Part shown: in pieces, positions 49,008-59,695 of the stretch
Layout: each line of letters opens with the position of its first letter
Numbering within the stretch: the first letter of the stretch is position 1
Assembly: GCA_963816425.1 (NCBI GenBank)
Contig: CAWFKP010000006.1
Span: 272,278-336,277, forward strand
From: an uncultured Actinomycetes bacterium
GTDB taxonomy: Bacteria > Actinomycetota > UBA4738 > HRBIN12
Reading direction: 5' to 3'
Length of the DNA: 64,000 bases
The notes under the pieces: generated by a model
The model's database searches: none
The model's input: only the letters and a program-made list of their open reading frames with translations
What the model was told of the DNA's origin: nothing
Program-made: the position numbers and the translations under genes

Positions 49008-51371
49008 GTGCGGCTACCATCCGTGCCGATGGTCGAGACGCACGACAGCGACGTCCTGCGCGGGGAACCGCCCGCGTTCGGCGCCGACGAGGCCGCCGTC
49101 GTCGCGGCGGACCTCTTCGACCTGCACGGCACGCCCACGCCGCTTGGAAGCGAGCGCGACCAGGGCTTCCTCATCCAGGGCGCGACGGGACCTGTGGGCG
49201 TGCTGAAGATCTCGAACGCGAGCGAGGATGCGGCGATCGTCGACATGGAGACCGCCGCCGCGCTGCATGTGCTGGCGGCGGACCCCACGCTCCCGGTCTC
49301 GGCGCCCCTCGCCACGCGCGGCGCGGACGTCGTCGCAGGCCCATCGGCCTACCGAGGGCGCGCGCACGACGCCGCGGGGGTCGAGCACCTCGTGCGCGCG
49401 TCGACGTTCATGCCCGGCGTCGCCTCGATCGACCCGCTCAAGCTCGACGGAGACGCGCTCTCCGACTACGGCGTCACGACCGCACGGCTGGGCCGCGCGC
49501 TTCGTTCCTTCTTCCATCCGTCGGCGGGTCGCACGATGCTGTGGGACGTGCAGCACGCGTCGTCGCTGCGGCCGATGACCGATGCGATCGAGGACCGCGA
49601 CCATCGTGCGTTGATCGACGGTGTGCTCGACCGTTTCGAGACCGATGTGGTCCCACGGTGGTGGTCCCTTCGATCGCAGGTGATCCACGGCGACGTCACG
49701 CTCGACAACGCGCTCATGGACGACCGGGGTCGGATCAGCGGCATCATCGATTTTGGCGACATGAGCCACTCGGCGCTCGTGTGCGACCTGTCCGCCGCGC
49801 TCGAGTCTCTGTTGCAAGGGCGGCGGCCAAACGATGTCGTGCCGCTCGCGATGCGCTGCATCGACGGGTATCGGTCGGTCACCCCGCTCGAGCCCGAGGA
49901 ACTGGCGGTGCTGCCCGACCTCCTTTCGACGCGGCTCGCGACCGTCGCGGTGTTGTTCGGATGGCGCGCGCGTCGTCACCCCGACAACGCATATCTGCGC
50001 GGGTGGGAGGAACGCCTGTGGCCGTTACTCGCGTACCTCGAAACGGGCGGGCGGCAACTGCTGGGGGCGCGGCTTCGGGCCGGTGAGCCCGTCGCGGACG
50101 CGCCCGCGTTGATCGAGCGGCGCCGGTCGGTGTTCGGGCCGGCCCTGTCCCCGCTCACGTACGACCGCCCGCTCCACCTCGTGCGCGGGGAGGGCGTGTG
50201 GCTGGTGGACGCCGACGGCGCGCGATTCCTGGATTGCTACAACAACGTCCCGGTCGTCGGTCATTGCCATCCGCGCGTCACCGACGCGATCGCGCGCCAG
50301 TCGCGGCTGCTCAATACGAACATGCGCTATCTGCACGACGCCGCGATCGAGCTGGCCGAGCGGTTGCTCGCGACGATGCCCCCGGACTCGGGGCTCGACA
50401 CGGTGCTGTTCGTGAACTCGGGGAGCGAGGCCAACGACACCGCGTGGCGGCTCGCGACCGCGTGGACCGGCGCCGACGGAGGGCTCGCGAGCTCGTTCGC
50501 CTATCACGGCGTGACGCAGGCGATCACCGACGTGTCGCCCGAGGAATGGCGCGGTGGATATCGTCCCGCGCACGTCGAGGTCTTCGACGCGCTCGACCCG
50601 TATCGCGACGACACCGATCCCGCGACGGCCGCGGAGGACCTGCTGCAGGCGACCGAGCGCCTACAGGAACGGGGGATCCTGCCGGCGGTCGCGTTCGTCG
50701 ACGGCGGGTTCACCTCCGACGGGATCCCGGCACCGCCGGCCGCCTACGCCCACGCGCTCGCGCAGCTGACGCACGAGGTCGGCGCGCTCTACGTGGCGGA
50801 CGAGGTCCAGGTCGGGCACGGCCGCTCCGGCCAGGGGTTGTGGTCCTTCGCGGCGGGCGGCGTGGCCGCCGACCTCGTCACGTTGGGCAAGCCGATGGGC
50901 AACGGGCACCCTGTGGCCGCCGTGATCACGCGCCGGGAGCTGACGGAGCGCCTCGCCGAGACCACCGAATGGTTCTCGACGTTCGGCGGCAACCCGGTCG
51001 CCTGCGCCGCGGCGTTGGCCGTCCTCGACGTGATCGAGGATGAGCGGCTGATCGACCGGGCTGCGACGGTCGGCGCCGCGCTCCGCGGCGCGCTCGCCGA
51101 ACAGATGGAGTCGCACCCCTGCATCGGGGACGTGCGCGGCGTCGGCATGCTGACCGGGGTGGAGCTTGTTCGGGATCCGGTGACCAAGGAGCCCGACGCA
51201 GACCTCGCGGGTGCCGTCAAGAACGGGATGCGCGATCGGGGCGTGCTGGTCGGCTCGACCGGCCGGCACGACAACGTGCTCAAGGTGCGGCCGCCGCTCG
51301 TGTTCGGACCCGAGCACATCGAGCGGGTGGTGGACGCGCTCGACGACACCCTTCGCTCGCTCGGTCGCTAA
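49008..51371 (+). CDS. fusion: aminoglycoside-phosphotransferase-fold kinase (N) + class-III aminotransferase-fold PLP enzyme (C)
   Basis: N-half has APH/choline-kinase-like HGD motif region (VIHGDVTLDNALMD..IIDFGD). C-half ..VLFVNSGSEANDTAWRLA.. DEVQVGHGRSG..GKPMGNGHP is AT-III fold. Confidence 0.7.
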   Translation: MRLPSVPMVETHDSDVLRGEPPAFGADEAAVVAADLFDLHGTPTPLGSERDQGFLIQGATGPVGVLKISNASEDAAIVDMETAAALHVLAADPTLPVSAPLATRGADVVAGPSAYRGRAHDAAGVEHLVRASTFMPGVASIDPLKLDGDALSDYGVTTARLGRALRSFFHPSAGRTMLWDVQHASSLRPMTDAIEDRDHRALIDGVLDRFETDVVPRWWSLRSQVIHGDVTLDNALMDDRGRISGIIDFGDMSHSALVCDLSAALESLLQGRRPNDVVPLAMRCIDGYRSVTPLEPEELAVLPDLLSTRLATVAVLFGWRARRHPDNAYLRGWEERLWPLLAYLETGGRQLLGARLRAGEPVADAPALIERRRSVFGPALSPLTYDRPLHLVRGEGVWLVDADGARFLDCYNNVPVVGHCHPRVTDAIARQSRLLNTNMRYLHDAAIELAERLLATMPPDSGLDTVLFVNSGSEANDTAWRLATAWTGADGGLASSFAYHGVTQAITDVSPEEWRGGYRPAHVEVFDALDPYRDDTDPATAAEDLLQATERLQERGILPAVAFVDGGFTSDGIPAPPAAYAHALAQLTHEVGALYVADEVQVGHGRSGQGLWSFAAGGVAADLVTLGKPMGNGHPVAAVITRRELTERLAETTEWFSTFGGNPVACAAALAVLDVIEDERLIDRAATVGAALRGALAEQMESHPCIGDVRGVGMLTGVELVRDPVTKEPDADLAGAVKNGMRDRGVLVGSTGRHDNVLKVRPPLVFGPEHIERVVDALDDTLRSLGR

Positions 51372-52579
51372 CCGTTGGGCGCCGGCGCCCACGTGACGAA
51401 ACCGCCGTCGGCGATCAGGCGCGGCGCTCCGGCGAGCGGCTGGACCCAGATGCCCGACCGGCCGTCCTGCTCGCCGGCGTAGGCGAACGACGACCCGTCG
51501 GGGGCCCAGGGCGTGATCGTTTGGGCGTACTGATCGAAGAACGGGAGATAGTCGCGCGCGAACGTCGCGCTCGGCACGAACGGATCGCCGACGAAGCGCT
51601 CATGACCTTCCCAGACGCGCCACCGGAACGGGCCACCGTTCGGGTCGCCGGTCAGGAGCAGCAGTCGGTCGCCGCTCGGGGACCAGAAGGAGGCGATCGT
51701 CTCCGCGCGGGTCACGCGCGTCGCCGGACCGCCATCGAGATCCTGGACGAAGACGCCGGTCTCCGTGCCGTCGGGAGCGTCCAAACGGTAGGCCACGCGG
51801 GCGCCGTCAGGGCTCGGCTCGAACAGCGCCCCGCCGCGGAAGCGGCGCAGGATCGTCCGATCGCCGTCGGTCACCACGACGAGCGACTGGGCTGCGCCCT
51901 CTCGTACGACGTAGAGCTCTCGCCCGTCGGGGAGCCACGCGGGCGCCTGGAACGTGCCCGGCGTGTCGCCGGTCGGCCGAAGTGGATGGACGAGGTCGGT
52001 GCGTCCGAGTCCGTCCACGCCGACGTGCACCAGCAGCTGGCTGCCGTCCGGCGACCAGGCGATGTACAGGGGCGTCCCACCGCCGACGGGGATGTCGCGC
52101 GGCTGGACCACGGCGTCGTCGATCACGCCGAGCCCGACGCCCGCGCCCGCGTTCCCCAGGTAGGCGATCCGGGTCGAGGTCGGGTCCCACTCGAGGAAGA
52201 ACGGCGCGACCGACAGCGGGATGTCGCGACGGTTGCCACCGGCGCGCGAGGTCGTGACGACGTGCGGACCGTCCGCGCGCAGCTCGACCCAGGCGACCGA
52301 TCGACCGTCGGGGGAGGCCACCGGCTGATCGACGACGACCTGGGGGCCGGCGTCGGTGGTCAACGCCAGGATCTGCCCGCCGCTCGGGTCCATCGTGACC
52401 AGGTTCCCGTCGTTGCGGAGCACGACGAGGCGGTCTCCCGCTACCTCGGTCGCATCGAGCGAGCTCGGCGTCGAGGTGACCGACGCAGATGGAAGCGACG
52501 TCGACGCGGCCGACCCCTCGGCCGACGATCGGGTGCACGCGACGACGACCACGAACGCGAGCACCACGAGCCGCCGCAT
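51368..52579 (-). CDS. TolB-like beta-propeller (PD40 repeat) lipoprotein
   Basis: Lipobox VVACT; repeated SPDG/WSPDGS PD40-type motifs. Confidence 0.65.
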   Translation of the reverse strand: MRRLVVLAFVVVVACTRSSAEGSAASTSLPSASVTSTPSSLDATEVAGDRLVVLRNDGNLVTMDPSGGQILALTTDAGPQVVVDQPVASPDGRSVAWVELRADGPHVVTTSRAGGNRRDIPLSVAPFFLEWDPTSTRIAYLGNAGAGVGLGVIDDAVVQPRDIPVGGGTPLYIAWSPDGSQLLVHVGVDGLGRTDLVHPLRPTGDTPGTFQAPAWLPDGRELYVVREGAAQSLVVVTDGDRTILRRFRGGALFEPSPDGARVAYRLDAPDGTETGVFVQDLDGGPATRVTRAETIASFWSPSGDRLLLLTGDPNGGPFRWRVWEGHERFVGDPFVPSATFARDYLPFFDQYAQTITPWAPDGSSFAYAGEQDGRSGIWVQPLAGAPRLIADGGFVTWAPAPNG

Positions 52580-52620
52580 GCGACGACCCTATGACGGTCC
52601 GCGCGTTCGTGTGCCCGGCG

Positions 52621-53646
52621 CTACGGTGTCCAGATCTGGTCGATCGGGTCGACGTTCGCGGCCTCGCCCGCGAACGTCGTGAATCCGAAGCCCTCCTCCA
52701 GCGTCCGCAGCAGGTTGTAGTGGTTCGCGAAAGCCGGATAGATGGCTTCGTGCACGTCGGGTCCGATCACCGCGAACGGGGTGTGTCCGCCGGCGTGGGT
52801 CTTGGCTTTGCCGGGCCCGCCGTCCTGGCCTTCGTCGTAGACCACGAAGATCGCGGCGTGCGCGTCCCAGGCGTCCGAGGCCATGATGAGCGGGATCTCC
52901 CGCGCGAGGAAGTCGTCGAACTGGCGGATCGGGTTGCCCTGCGGTTTGCAGTTGTCGTGCCCGTCCTCGCATTGGTTGGGCACGATGAAGTTGAACCGGC
53001 CGAGCGCGCCACTGCCGACGGGGTCCGGCGCGCCGAGCGCCGCCTCGAACAGGCTCGTGTCGTTGTACCCCGTCGTCCCCATCGTGATCACGTGGTCGCG
53101 GCATGAGGCGGAGCCGGTGGCTCCCTGGAAATCGGTCTGCACCACGTCGGCGTAGTACGCCGCCGCGTTGTGCTTCACGCGATAGCTGTTGCCGTCCTTG
53201 CTCGCGCCCGCGTTCACCAGCGAGCAGGGCTCGGGCATCGACTCGTTCCACGCGAGCCACGGGATCCGCGCGTCGGAGAGCTGCCCGAAGATGTTGGGCA
53301 CGTCCTGGTTGCACTCGGCAGGCTTGAGGTCGAGCTGATGACAGCGGAGGAACTGCCCGCTCGTCATGCCGATGTAGTTGGAGGTCGACCAGTGGGACAG
53401 GCCCCAGTAGTCGGTCAGCCACGCGCTGTGCGGCTTGACCCAGCCCAGCTGGAACGGCGCGCTCTTGCGATCGAGCTGGGAGAGGCTCGTGTTCTCTCCC
53501 ACGATCACGAAGACGGTGCTGAACGCCGGCACATGCGGGGTCGTCGCGTGGACGGTCGGCCCCGGCGTGACGAGGACCGTGGTGGCCAGGGCGATGGCGG
53601 CGAGCAGTCGGCGGATCAACGGTATCCCTCCCTCGATGTAGGACAA
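52621..53646 (-). CDS. phosphoesterase family protein (PLC/acid phosphatase AcpA-like)
   Basis: Signal peptide; FVIVGENTSLSQ N-terminal and HAGGHTPFAVIGPDV...NHYNLLRTLEEGFG C-terminal motifs of the Phosphoesterase family. Confidence 0.7.
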   Translation of the reverse strand: MSYIEGGIPLIRRLLAAIALATTVLVTPGPTVHATTPHVPAFSTVFVIVGENTSLSQLDRKSAPFQLGWVKPHSAWLTDYWGLSHWSTSNYIGMTSGQFLRCHQLDLKPAECNQDVPNIFGQLSDARIPWLAWNESMPEPCSLVNAGASKDGNSYRVKHNAAAYYADVVQTDFQGATGSASCRDHVITMGTTGYNDTSLFEAALGAPDPVGSGALGRFNFIVPNQCEDGHDNCKPQGNPIRQFDDFLAREIPLIMASDAWDAHAAIFVVYDEGQDGGPGKAKTHAGGHTPFAVIGPDVHEAIYPAFANHYNLLRTLEEGFGFTTFAGEAANVDPIDQIWTP

Positions 53647-53689
53647 GTGGGCGACATCCTGCCGCAGTCGGCGCGGCCTGTCGAGCCGC

Positions 53690-54598
53690 CTAGCGTTGCC
53701 GCAGCCGAGGGGACAGGATCTCGTCGAGCGCGAACCCCACCATGGTGAAGGCCAAGGTGACCAGCACGATGCAGACGCCCGGCGGGATCAGCCACCACCA
53801 CCACCCGGCCGTCGCGGCGCCGGCCGTGAACGAGGCCTCGATCGTCTTGCCCCAGGAGATCGCGATCGGATCGCTCAGGCCGAGGATCGCGAGGGTCGTC
53901 TCGGACAGGATGGCGAGGGCGACCATCAGGATCGTGTTCGCGAACAGCACCGGGAACACGTTGGGCAGGATGTGGCGCGTGATCACATGCCGGTTCGTGC
54001 CGCCGAGGGCGCGCGATCGCTCGACGAAGGACCGTTCCTTCACCGTGAGCGCCTGGGCGCGGACGAGCCGCGCCGTGGCCGCCCACGAGGTCACCGCGAT
54101 CACGACGATGACGTTGGTCAGGCTGGCGCCCAGGATCGAGGCCAGGGCGATCGCCAGCGCGAGCCAGGGGATCACCAGGAACCAGTTGGTGAACGCGTTC
54201 AAGACCGTGTCGATCTTCGTGCCGCCGAAGTAGCCGGAGGAGATGCCGACGACGGCCCCGATCACCATGGCGCCGATCGCCGCGGTGATCCCGACCAGGA
54301 GCGAGACGCGCGCGCCGGCGATCAGGAGGTCGAGCACCGAGCGGCCGAAGTTGTCGGTCCCGAGCGGGTACCCGGCCTGCGGCGGCGCGTGCAGCGGCCC
54401 GGTGGCGAGCGCCGGGTCGAGGTCGGCGTCGCTCACGATCAGGGGCGACGCGATCGCGACGGCCATGAAGAACACGAGGACGCCGAGCCCGGTCATGCCG
54501 CGCGGGCTCGCCCGGAACGTGCTCCAGTGGCCCGCCATCGTGGCCCGCCGCCTGCGCCACGCGCTGACCCTGGCCGGGCGGGCTGCGACCGTCGCCAC
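53690..54598 (-). CDS. peptide/nickel ABC transporter permease (DppC/OppC-like)
   Basis: 6 TM; EAA-like loop; DppC-type composition. Confidence 0.85.
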   Translation of the reverse strand: MATVAARPARVSAWRRRRATMAGHWSTFRASPRGMTGLGVLVFFMAVAIASPLIVSDADLDPALATGPLHAPPQAGYPLGTDNFGRSVLDLLIAGARVSLLVGITAAIGAMVIGAVVGISSGYFGGTKIDTVLNAFTNWFLVIPWLALAIALASILGASLTNVIVVIAVTSWAATARLVRAQALTVKERSFVERSRALGGTNRHVITRHILPNVFPVLFANTILMVALAILSETTLAILGLSDPIAISWGKTIEASFTAGAATAGWWWWLIPPGVCIVLVTLAFTMVGFALDEILSPRLRQR

Positions 54599-54599
54599 C

Positions 54600-55565
54600 T
54601 CAGGCCTCCTTGATCCGCGGGTCGAGGTAGCCGTAGCTGATGTCGGCCGCGAGGTTCGCCAGGATCACGGCGGCGCTCGCGATGAGGAAGACGCTCTGGA
54701 TCACCGGGTAGTCCTTGTTCTGGATCGCGGTGTACGTGAGGTAGCCCAGCCCCGGCCACGAGAAGACGCTTTCGATCACGATGGCGCCCCCGAGCACGAA
54801 CCCGAAGCTCAGGAAGATCAGCGTGAAGGCGGGCAGCAACGCGTTCGGCACCACGTGGTGTTTGCGGATCAGCCGTTCGGGCACGCCCTTGGATCGGGCG
54901 GTGAGCACGAAGTCCTCGTGCGTCGTATCGATCATCGCCGAGCGCATCACGATCGCGTACCCGCCGATGTAGCCGAGGGTGAGCGTGAGCAGCGGCAGGA
55001 ACAGGTGATCGAGAACGTCGACGAACTTCGCCGTGCCGGTGAGGCCCGGCGTCGTGTAACCGCCGGCCGGGAACCAATGCAGCCACCCGGAGAACAACAG
55101 CAGCAGCAGCATGCCGAGCCAGCCCTCGGGCATCGAGTACAGGATCAAGGATCCGTATTGCGACGTCGTGTCGAACGGGCTGCCCCGGCGCCAGCCCCCT
55201 CGGATCCCGATCACGATGCCGAACCAGCTGGCGAGAAGCGTGCCGAGCCCCACGAGCACGACCGTCGGGAAGAACCGGACCCCGATCATGTCCTTCACCT
55301 GCTCGCCGGTGCGCAGCGACTGCCCGAGGTCGCCCGAGAGCGTTTGTCGCATGTAGATCGCGTATTGCTGCAGCATCGGGCGGTCCAGGCCGAGATCGTG
55401 TTGCAGCCTCGCGACGTCCTCGGGGGTGAGCTTCTCGCTGCGCGCGAGGACGGCCACCGGGTCACCCGGCAGCACGCGGAACAGGAAGAAGTTGAAGGTC
55501 AGGACGAACCATAGGGTCACGACAGCCTGCAGCGTCTTGCTGAGCAGGTACCGCCGTGACCCCAT
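54600..55565 (-). CDS. peptide/nickel ABC transporter permease (DppB/OppB-like)
   Basis: BPD_transp_1-like (..IMRSAMIDTTHEDFVLTARSKGVPERLIRKHHVVPNALLP..). Confidence 0.85.
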   Translation of the reverse strand: MGSRRYLLSKTLQAVVTLWFVLTFNFFLFRVLPGDPVAVLARSEKLTPEDVARLQHDLGLDRPMLQQYAIYMRQTLSGDLGQSLRTGEQVKDMIGVRFFPTVVLVGLGTLLASWFGIVIGIRGGWRRGSPFDTTSQYGSLILYSMPEGWLGMLLLLLFSGWLHWFPAGGYTTPGLTGTAKFVDVLDHLFLPLLTLTLGYIGGYAIVMRSAMIDTTHEDFVLTARSKGVPERLIRKHHVVPNALLPAFTLIFLSFGFVLGGAIVIESVFSWPGLGYLTYTAIQNKDYPVIQSVFLIASAAVILANLAADISYGYLDPRIKEA

Positions 55566-55577
55566 CTCGTCGACGTC

Positions 55578-57372
55578 CTAGGCCTCGTCGGGCTCGGTGC
55601 GGCGACCGCGGCGCACCACCAGGACGACGATCCCCGCGACCGCGATCGCTGCGATCGCCCAGACCCACCCCGGCACCGACGTGGCCCCGCTCGTCGAGGC
55701 GCCGGCCACGGGTTTGACCGCGAGCAGCGTGTCGTAGTTGTACGTTGCGAGCAGATATCCTTGGGGCCCGGGCGACGGGATCCACCCCGTGAACTGATCG
55801 TTCCGGTATGCCTCGAGCCAATTCGGATAGGCGAGCACGACGCCCGGCACCTGCTCGTACTCGTACTGCTGCGCCTCGAGCACGAGCTTCTGCCGCTGGG
55901 ACTGATCCATCATGCTGCGCTGCTCCTCGTAGAGCTGATCGAAATGCGGGTCCTTCCAGCAGCCGTCACTCCACGAGCCGCACTGTTCCGACGTGAACAC
56001 GAACAGCTGATAGTTCGGGTCCGGATCGCCGCTCCAGTACCAGATGTAGGCGTCGAAGTCTCCCGAGCCCCAGTAGTCGTTCATCTTCGTGTCGGTGGCG
56101 GGCAGCAGGTCGACCTTGATGCCGATCTGTTTCAGAAAGCCCACGATCAGCTCGCCCGCCTCGACCGCGCCGGTCGTGTCTGAGGAGGCCGGCATGCGCA
56201 GTTCGAGCGGATCGCCGGTCGCCGGGTCTTCCCGAACCCCGTCTCCGTTCGTATCCACGTACCCGGCGTCGTCCAACATCGCGTTGGCGCCCGCCGGATC
56301 GAACGGGATCTCCTGATCCGAAGGGATGTCCAGATGCCAGAAGGCCGAGGCCGGCCGAACGATCGTATCCCCCGTCGTCGCGGCCCCTTGGTACACCTTG
56401 TTGACGATCGCGTTCTTGTCGATCGCCATCTCGATCGCCTTGCGGACCGTGAGATCGTGCAGCGCCGGCAACGGATGCGCGTCTGCGTTCTGCCCGCCGA
56501 AGTTGAACGCGAGGTTCAGCCACCAGTCCGAGACGACCTTCTGCACCGTGATGTCGGGTGTGGTCGACACCGAGTTGATCAGGGAGGGCGTCAGGCCGTC
56601 GGCGATGTCGATCTCATTGTTCTTCAGCGCCTGGATCATCGCCTCCTGGTTCGTGTAGATGCGGTAGACGACTCGGTCGACCGTCGGTGCGGGGCCCCAG
56701 AAGTTGGGGTTGCGATCCATCGTGAAGTCCTGCCCATGGTTCCAGCTGGTCAGCATGAACGGGCCGCTCACGACCGGGTTCATCCCGGAGACGGCGCGGA
56801 TGTCCTTCAGCGACTGACCGTTGTACTGCGACCAGACGTGCTCGGGCACGATGTAGACCCACGGCGGCATCGTCGGCGCGAAGGTCGGTTCGTCGGCGGT
56901 CCACACGAACGTGTGCGGGTCCGGCGTCGTGAACACGGGATTGCCGGGGAAGTAGCTCTTGTACTGGGGGATCTTGTTGTCGATCACGAAGCGGTACGAT
57001 GAACGCAACGTCCTCGGAGGTGAGCGGCGTGCCGTCGCTCCAGAGCAAGCCGTCGCGCAAGGTGCACGTCCACTGCGTGTAGTCCTCGTTGTGATCGCAG
57101 CCGGTCGCCAGGCTCGGAGCTGCGGTTGCGTCGGCGACCGAGAACTTCTGCAACATGTCGTACTCGGTCGTCGCGACCGTGTAGTCGCTGCCGGCGCTCA
57201 CCGCGAACACGTTGTCCGTGGTCAGATCCGACGAGACCCCGACCCGCAGGATGATCGGCTCGTCGCCGCCGGGCGTGGTGGATTGCGCGTGTGCCGATGG
57301 ACCGGCGAGCGCCACCACCGCGACGACGATGCTCGCGATGCCCGCGAGCGCTCTGGTGCGTCCGGACCTCAT
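55578..57372 (-). CDS. ABC transporter substrate-binding protein family 5 (peptide/nickel) with C-terminal TM anchor; frameshifted near 56995-57005
   Basis: Track ORFs 56614..57372 (signal peptide, N-half) and 55578..57008 (C-half) abut in different frames. Junction ..TSEDVAF|SYRFVIDNK.. Confidence 0.8.
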
Positions 57373-58184
57373 CGGGTTCCCTCCTTCGCGAGCTCGGTCA
57401 CGATCGTCTCGTGCACGCGCCCGTTCGATACCAACAGGGTGCCGCCGGGCGCCGGTTCGGTGCCCGTCAGTGTGGTGATACGTCCGCCGGCCTCTTCGAC
57501 GATGACTTCGGTCGCCGCCCAGTCCCAGGGGAAACAGGGTTCGTGCTCCACGAGCGCCTCGATCGACCCCTGGGCGACGAGCAGGTGCGCCCAGGCGTCG
57601 CTCAACCCCCGCGTGCGCCGGGCCCGGCCGGCCAGGCGGACGAGGTGGCGCTCATCGCCCGTGCCCGCCCATTCCTCGAGGGGCGAATGGCCGATGAACG
57701 CCTCCGCCAGCGTGTCGATCGCCGAGACGCGCAGACGCCGTTCGCCGCGCCACGCGCCGCTCCCGCGCGCCGCCCGATAGCGCACGGACAGCGCCGGCGC
57801 ATCCGCGACGCCGAGGACCGAGCGACCGTCGATCTGCAGCGCGATCAGCGTCGTCCACAGGGGGATGCCCTCCGCGTAGAGCTTCGTGCCGTCGACGGGA
57901 TCGATCACCCAGGTCCGGCCGTTGTCGCCGGGGGTGTGCCCGCCCTCCTCCCCGAGGATGCCGTCGCCTGGTGCCCGATCGGCGAGCACCGAGCGGATCG
58001 CTCGTTCCGCCGCCCGATCGACCTCGGTCACCGGCGTGTCGTCGGCCTTGAGCTCCACGGGCAGCCGGTCGCCGAACCACGCGAGCGTCACGGCGGCGGC
58101 CGCGTCGGCGGCCGCCAGCGCCACGCCGAGGTCCTCGCGCAACGCCGGTGCGGGATCGATCGCCGGCCGGCCCCCTCGCATCAC
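57369..58184 (-). CDS. inositol monophosphatase family protein (possible histidinol-phosphatase HisN)
   Basis: WVIDPVDGT and WDWAA motifs of IMPase superfamily; ATGA-type overlap with downstream SBP gene. Confidence 0.75.
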   Translation of the reverse strand: MMRGGRPAIDPAPALREDLGVALAAADAAAAVTLAWFGDRLPVELKADDTPVTEVDRAAERAIRSVLADRAPGDGILGEEGGHTPGDNGRTWVIDPVDGTKLYAEGIPLWTTLIALQIDGRSVLGVADAPALSVRYRAARGSGAWRGERRLRVSAIDTLAEAFIGHSPLEEWAGTGDERHLVRLAGRARRTRGLSDAWAHLLVAQGSIEALVEHEPCFPWDWAATEVIVEEAGGRITTLTGTEPAPGGTLLVSNGRVHETIVTELAKEGTR

Positions 58185-58227
58185 GGCCGCAACCTATGGG
58201 GACCCACGGGGGGGCACAAGGCCACTA

Positions 58228-58242
58228 TTGCCCTCTGGGCAA
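58228..58242 (+). promoter_or_regulatory. candidate IclR operator: palindrome TTGCCC-TCT-GGGCAA in divergent promoter region
   Basis: Perfect 6-3-6 inverted repeat read directly ~30 nt upstream of IclR start. A related GTTGGGCAAT half-site follows the IclR stop (~59041). Confidence 0.3.
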
Positions 58243-58272
58243 CAGCCGAGTGAACGGATAGGGTCGGCCAGG

Positions 58273-59025
58273 ATGCGGACGACGGAGGCTGCGGACCGGG
58301 TCGTGACGGTCCTCGATCTGTTGGGCGCCGACCATGACGGGCTCGGCGTGCAGGAGATCGCGCGGCGCCTGGCGGTGCATCCCTCCACCGCGTCCCGGCT
58401 GCTCGGGACGCTCGCCGCGGCCGGCCTGATCGATCGGGACGAGGCGACCGGGCGCTATCGACTGGGCGCCCGGATCGTCGGGCTCGCGGCCGCGGCCGTG
58501 GACCGCCTCCCCGTCGTCAGCCAGGCGCGTCCGGAGCTGGAGCACCTGTCGGCCGTCACGGCCGAGACCGTCAATCTCGCGATCCGCGACGGCGCGCACG
58601 TCGTCTACGTCGACCAGGTCACCCCGGCGCAGACGGTGGTGATGGCGAGCTGGGTGGGTCGCCGCAGCCCGGTGCATGCCAGTTCCAGCGGCAAGGTGCT
58701 GCTCGCGTTCGGCGATGAGCGCGCCAGAGAGCACCTCAGCCGCCGTCCGCTGGAGGCGCTGACGACGCGCACCGTGACCGACCCCGCCCGATTGACCGAG
58801 GTGCTGCGCCAGGTCCGTCGGCAGGGCTACGCGGCGAGCGCGGGCGAGCTCGAGGACGGTCTCGTGACGATCGCCGCGCCGGTGCTCGTCGACGGTGTGG
58901 CCGTGGCGGCCATCAGCGTCTCCGGGCCTGCGTACCGGCTGCCGACCCGCGATGTCGCGCGCCTCGCCCGTCAGGTGATCGACGCGGCCGCCGCCGCGTC
59001 GCACCGCATGGCCGGCCGCAGCTAG
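58273..59025 (+). CDS. IclR family transcriptional regulator
   Basis: N-terminal wHTH (GLGVQEIARRLAVHPSTASRLLGTLAAAGLI) + C-terminal IclR effector domain; internal ATG of track ORF 57886..59025. Confidence 0.85.
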   Translation: MRTTEAADRVVTVLDLLGADHDGLGVQEIARRLAVHPSTASRLLGTLAAAGLIDRDEATGRYRLGARIVGLAAAAVDRLPVVSQARPELEHLSAVTAETVNLAIRDGAHVVYVDQVTPAQTVVMASWVGRRSPVHASSSGKVLLAFGDERAREHLSRRPLEALTTRTVTDPARLTEVLRQVRRQGYAASAGELEDGLVTIAAPVLVDGVAVAAISVSGPAYRLPTRDVARLARQVIDAAAAASHRMAGRS

Positions 59026-59189
59026 GGTCGTCTCACCTCCGTTGGGCAATGCGGACGCGACGTGGCACGATTGGAACGTGACGAGCACGCCCGCCGCGAC
59101 GCGACACCTGCGCGACTCGCGGTCAACTGGCCTGAACCGACCGCCGATCGATCGGTCGGAACATATGCAACGCAGAGGAGGGAACCGCG

Positions 59190-59678
59190 ATGGCCGAGAA
59201 GAAGCCAGCGAAGAAGAAGACCGCGCAGACATCCGCGAAGCGCACGAGCGCCCCGAGGAACTCGTCCTCAGGTTCTGGATTCTCGGCCGAGGAACGGGCC
59301 GCGATGAAACAGCGGGCCAAGGAACTGAAGGCCGCCGAGAGCCGGGAGGAAGGCGAACGCCTCCTGCGTGAGGCGATCGCCAAGATGAAGGAGCCGGATC
59401 GGAAGATGGCCAAGCGTGTCCACGCGCTCGTGATGGCCGCCGCGCCCGACCTGGCACCGAGAACCTGGTATGGGATGCCCGCCTACGCCAAGGACGACAA
59501 GGTCGTGTGCTTCTTCCAGGACGCGCAGAAGTTCAAGTCCCGGTACGCGACCTTTGGGTTCAGCGATGAGGCGAGCCTCGACAAAGGCGGCATGTGGCCG
59601 ACGTCTTTCGCGCTCATGCAGTTGACCGCCACCGAAGAGGCGAAGATCACGTCGCTCGTGAAGCAAGCGGTGCGCTGA
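59190..59678 (+). CDS. DUF1801 (YdhG-like) domain protein with lysine-rich N-terminal tail
   Basis: ..[26 protein letters not shown].. core; GAGGAGGG RBS upstream. Confidence 0.65.
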   Translation: MAEKKPAKKKTAQTSAKRTSAPRNSSSGSGFSAEERAAMKQRAKELKAAESREEGERLLREAIAKMKEPDRKMAKRVHALVMAAAPDLAPRTWYGMPAYAKDDKVVCFFQDAQKFKSRYATFGFSDEASLDKGGMWPTSFALMQLTATEEAKITSLVKQAVR

Positions 59679-59695
59679 CTGCCCAGGACGATCCA

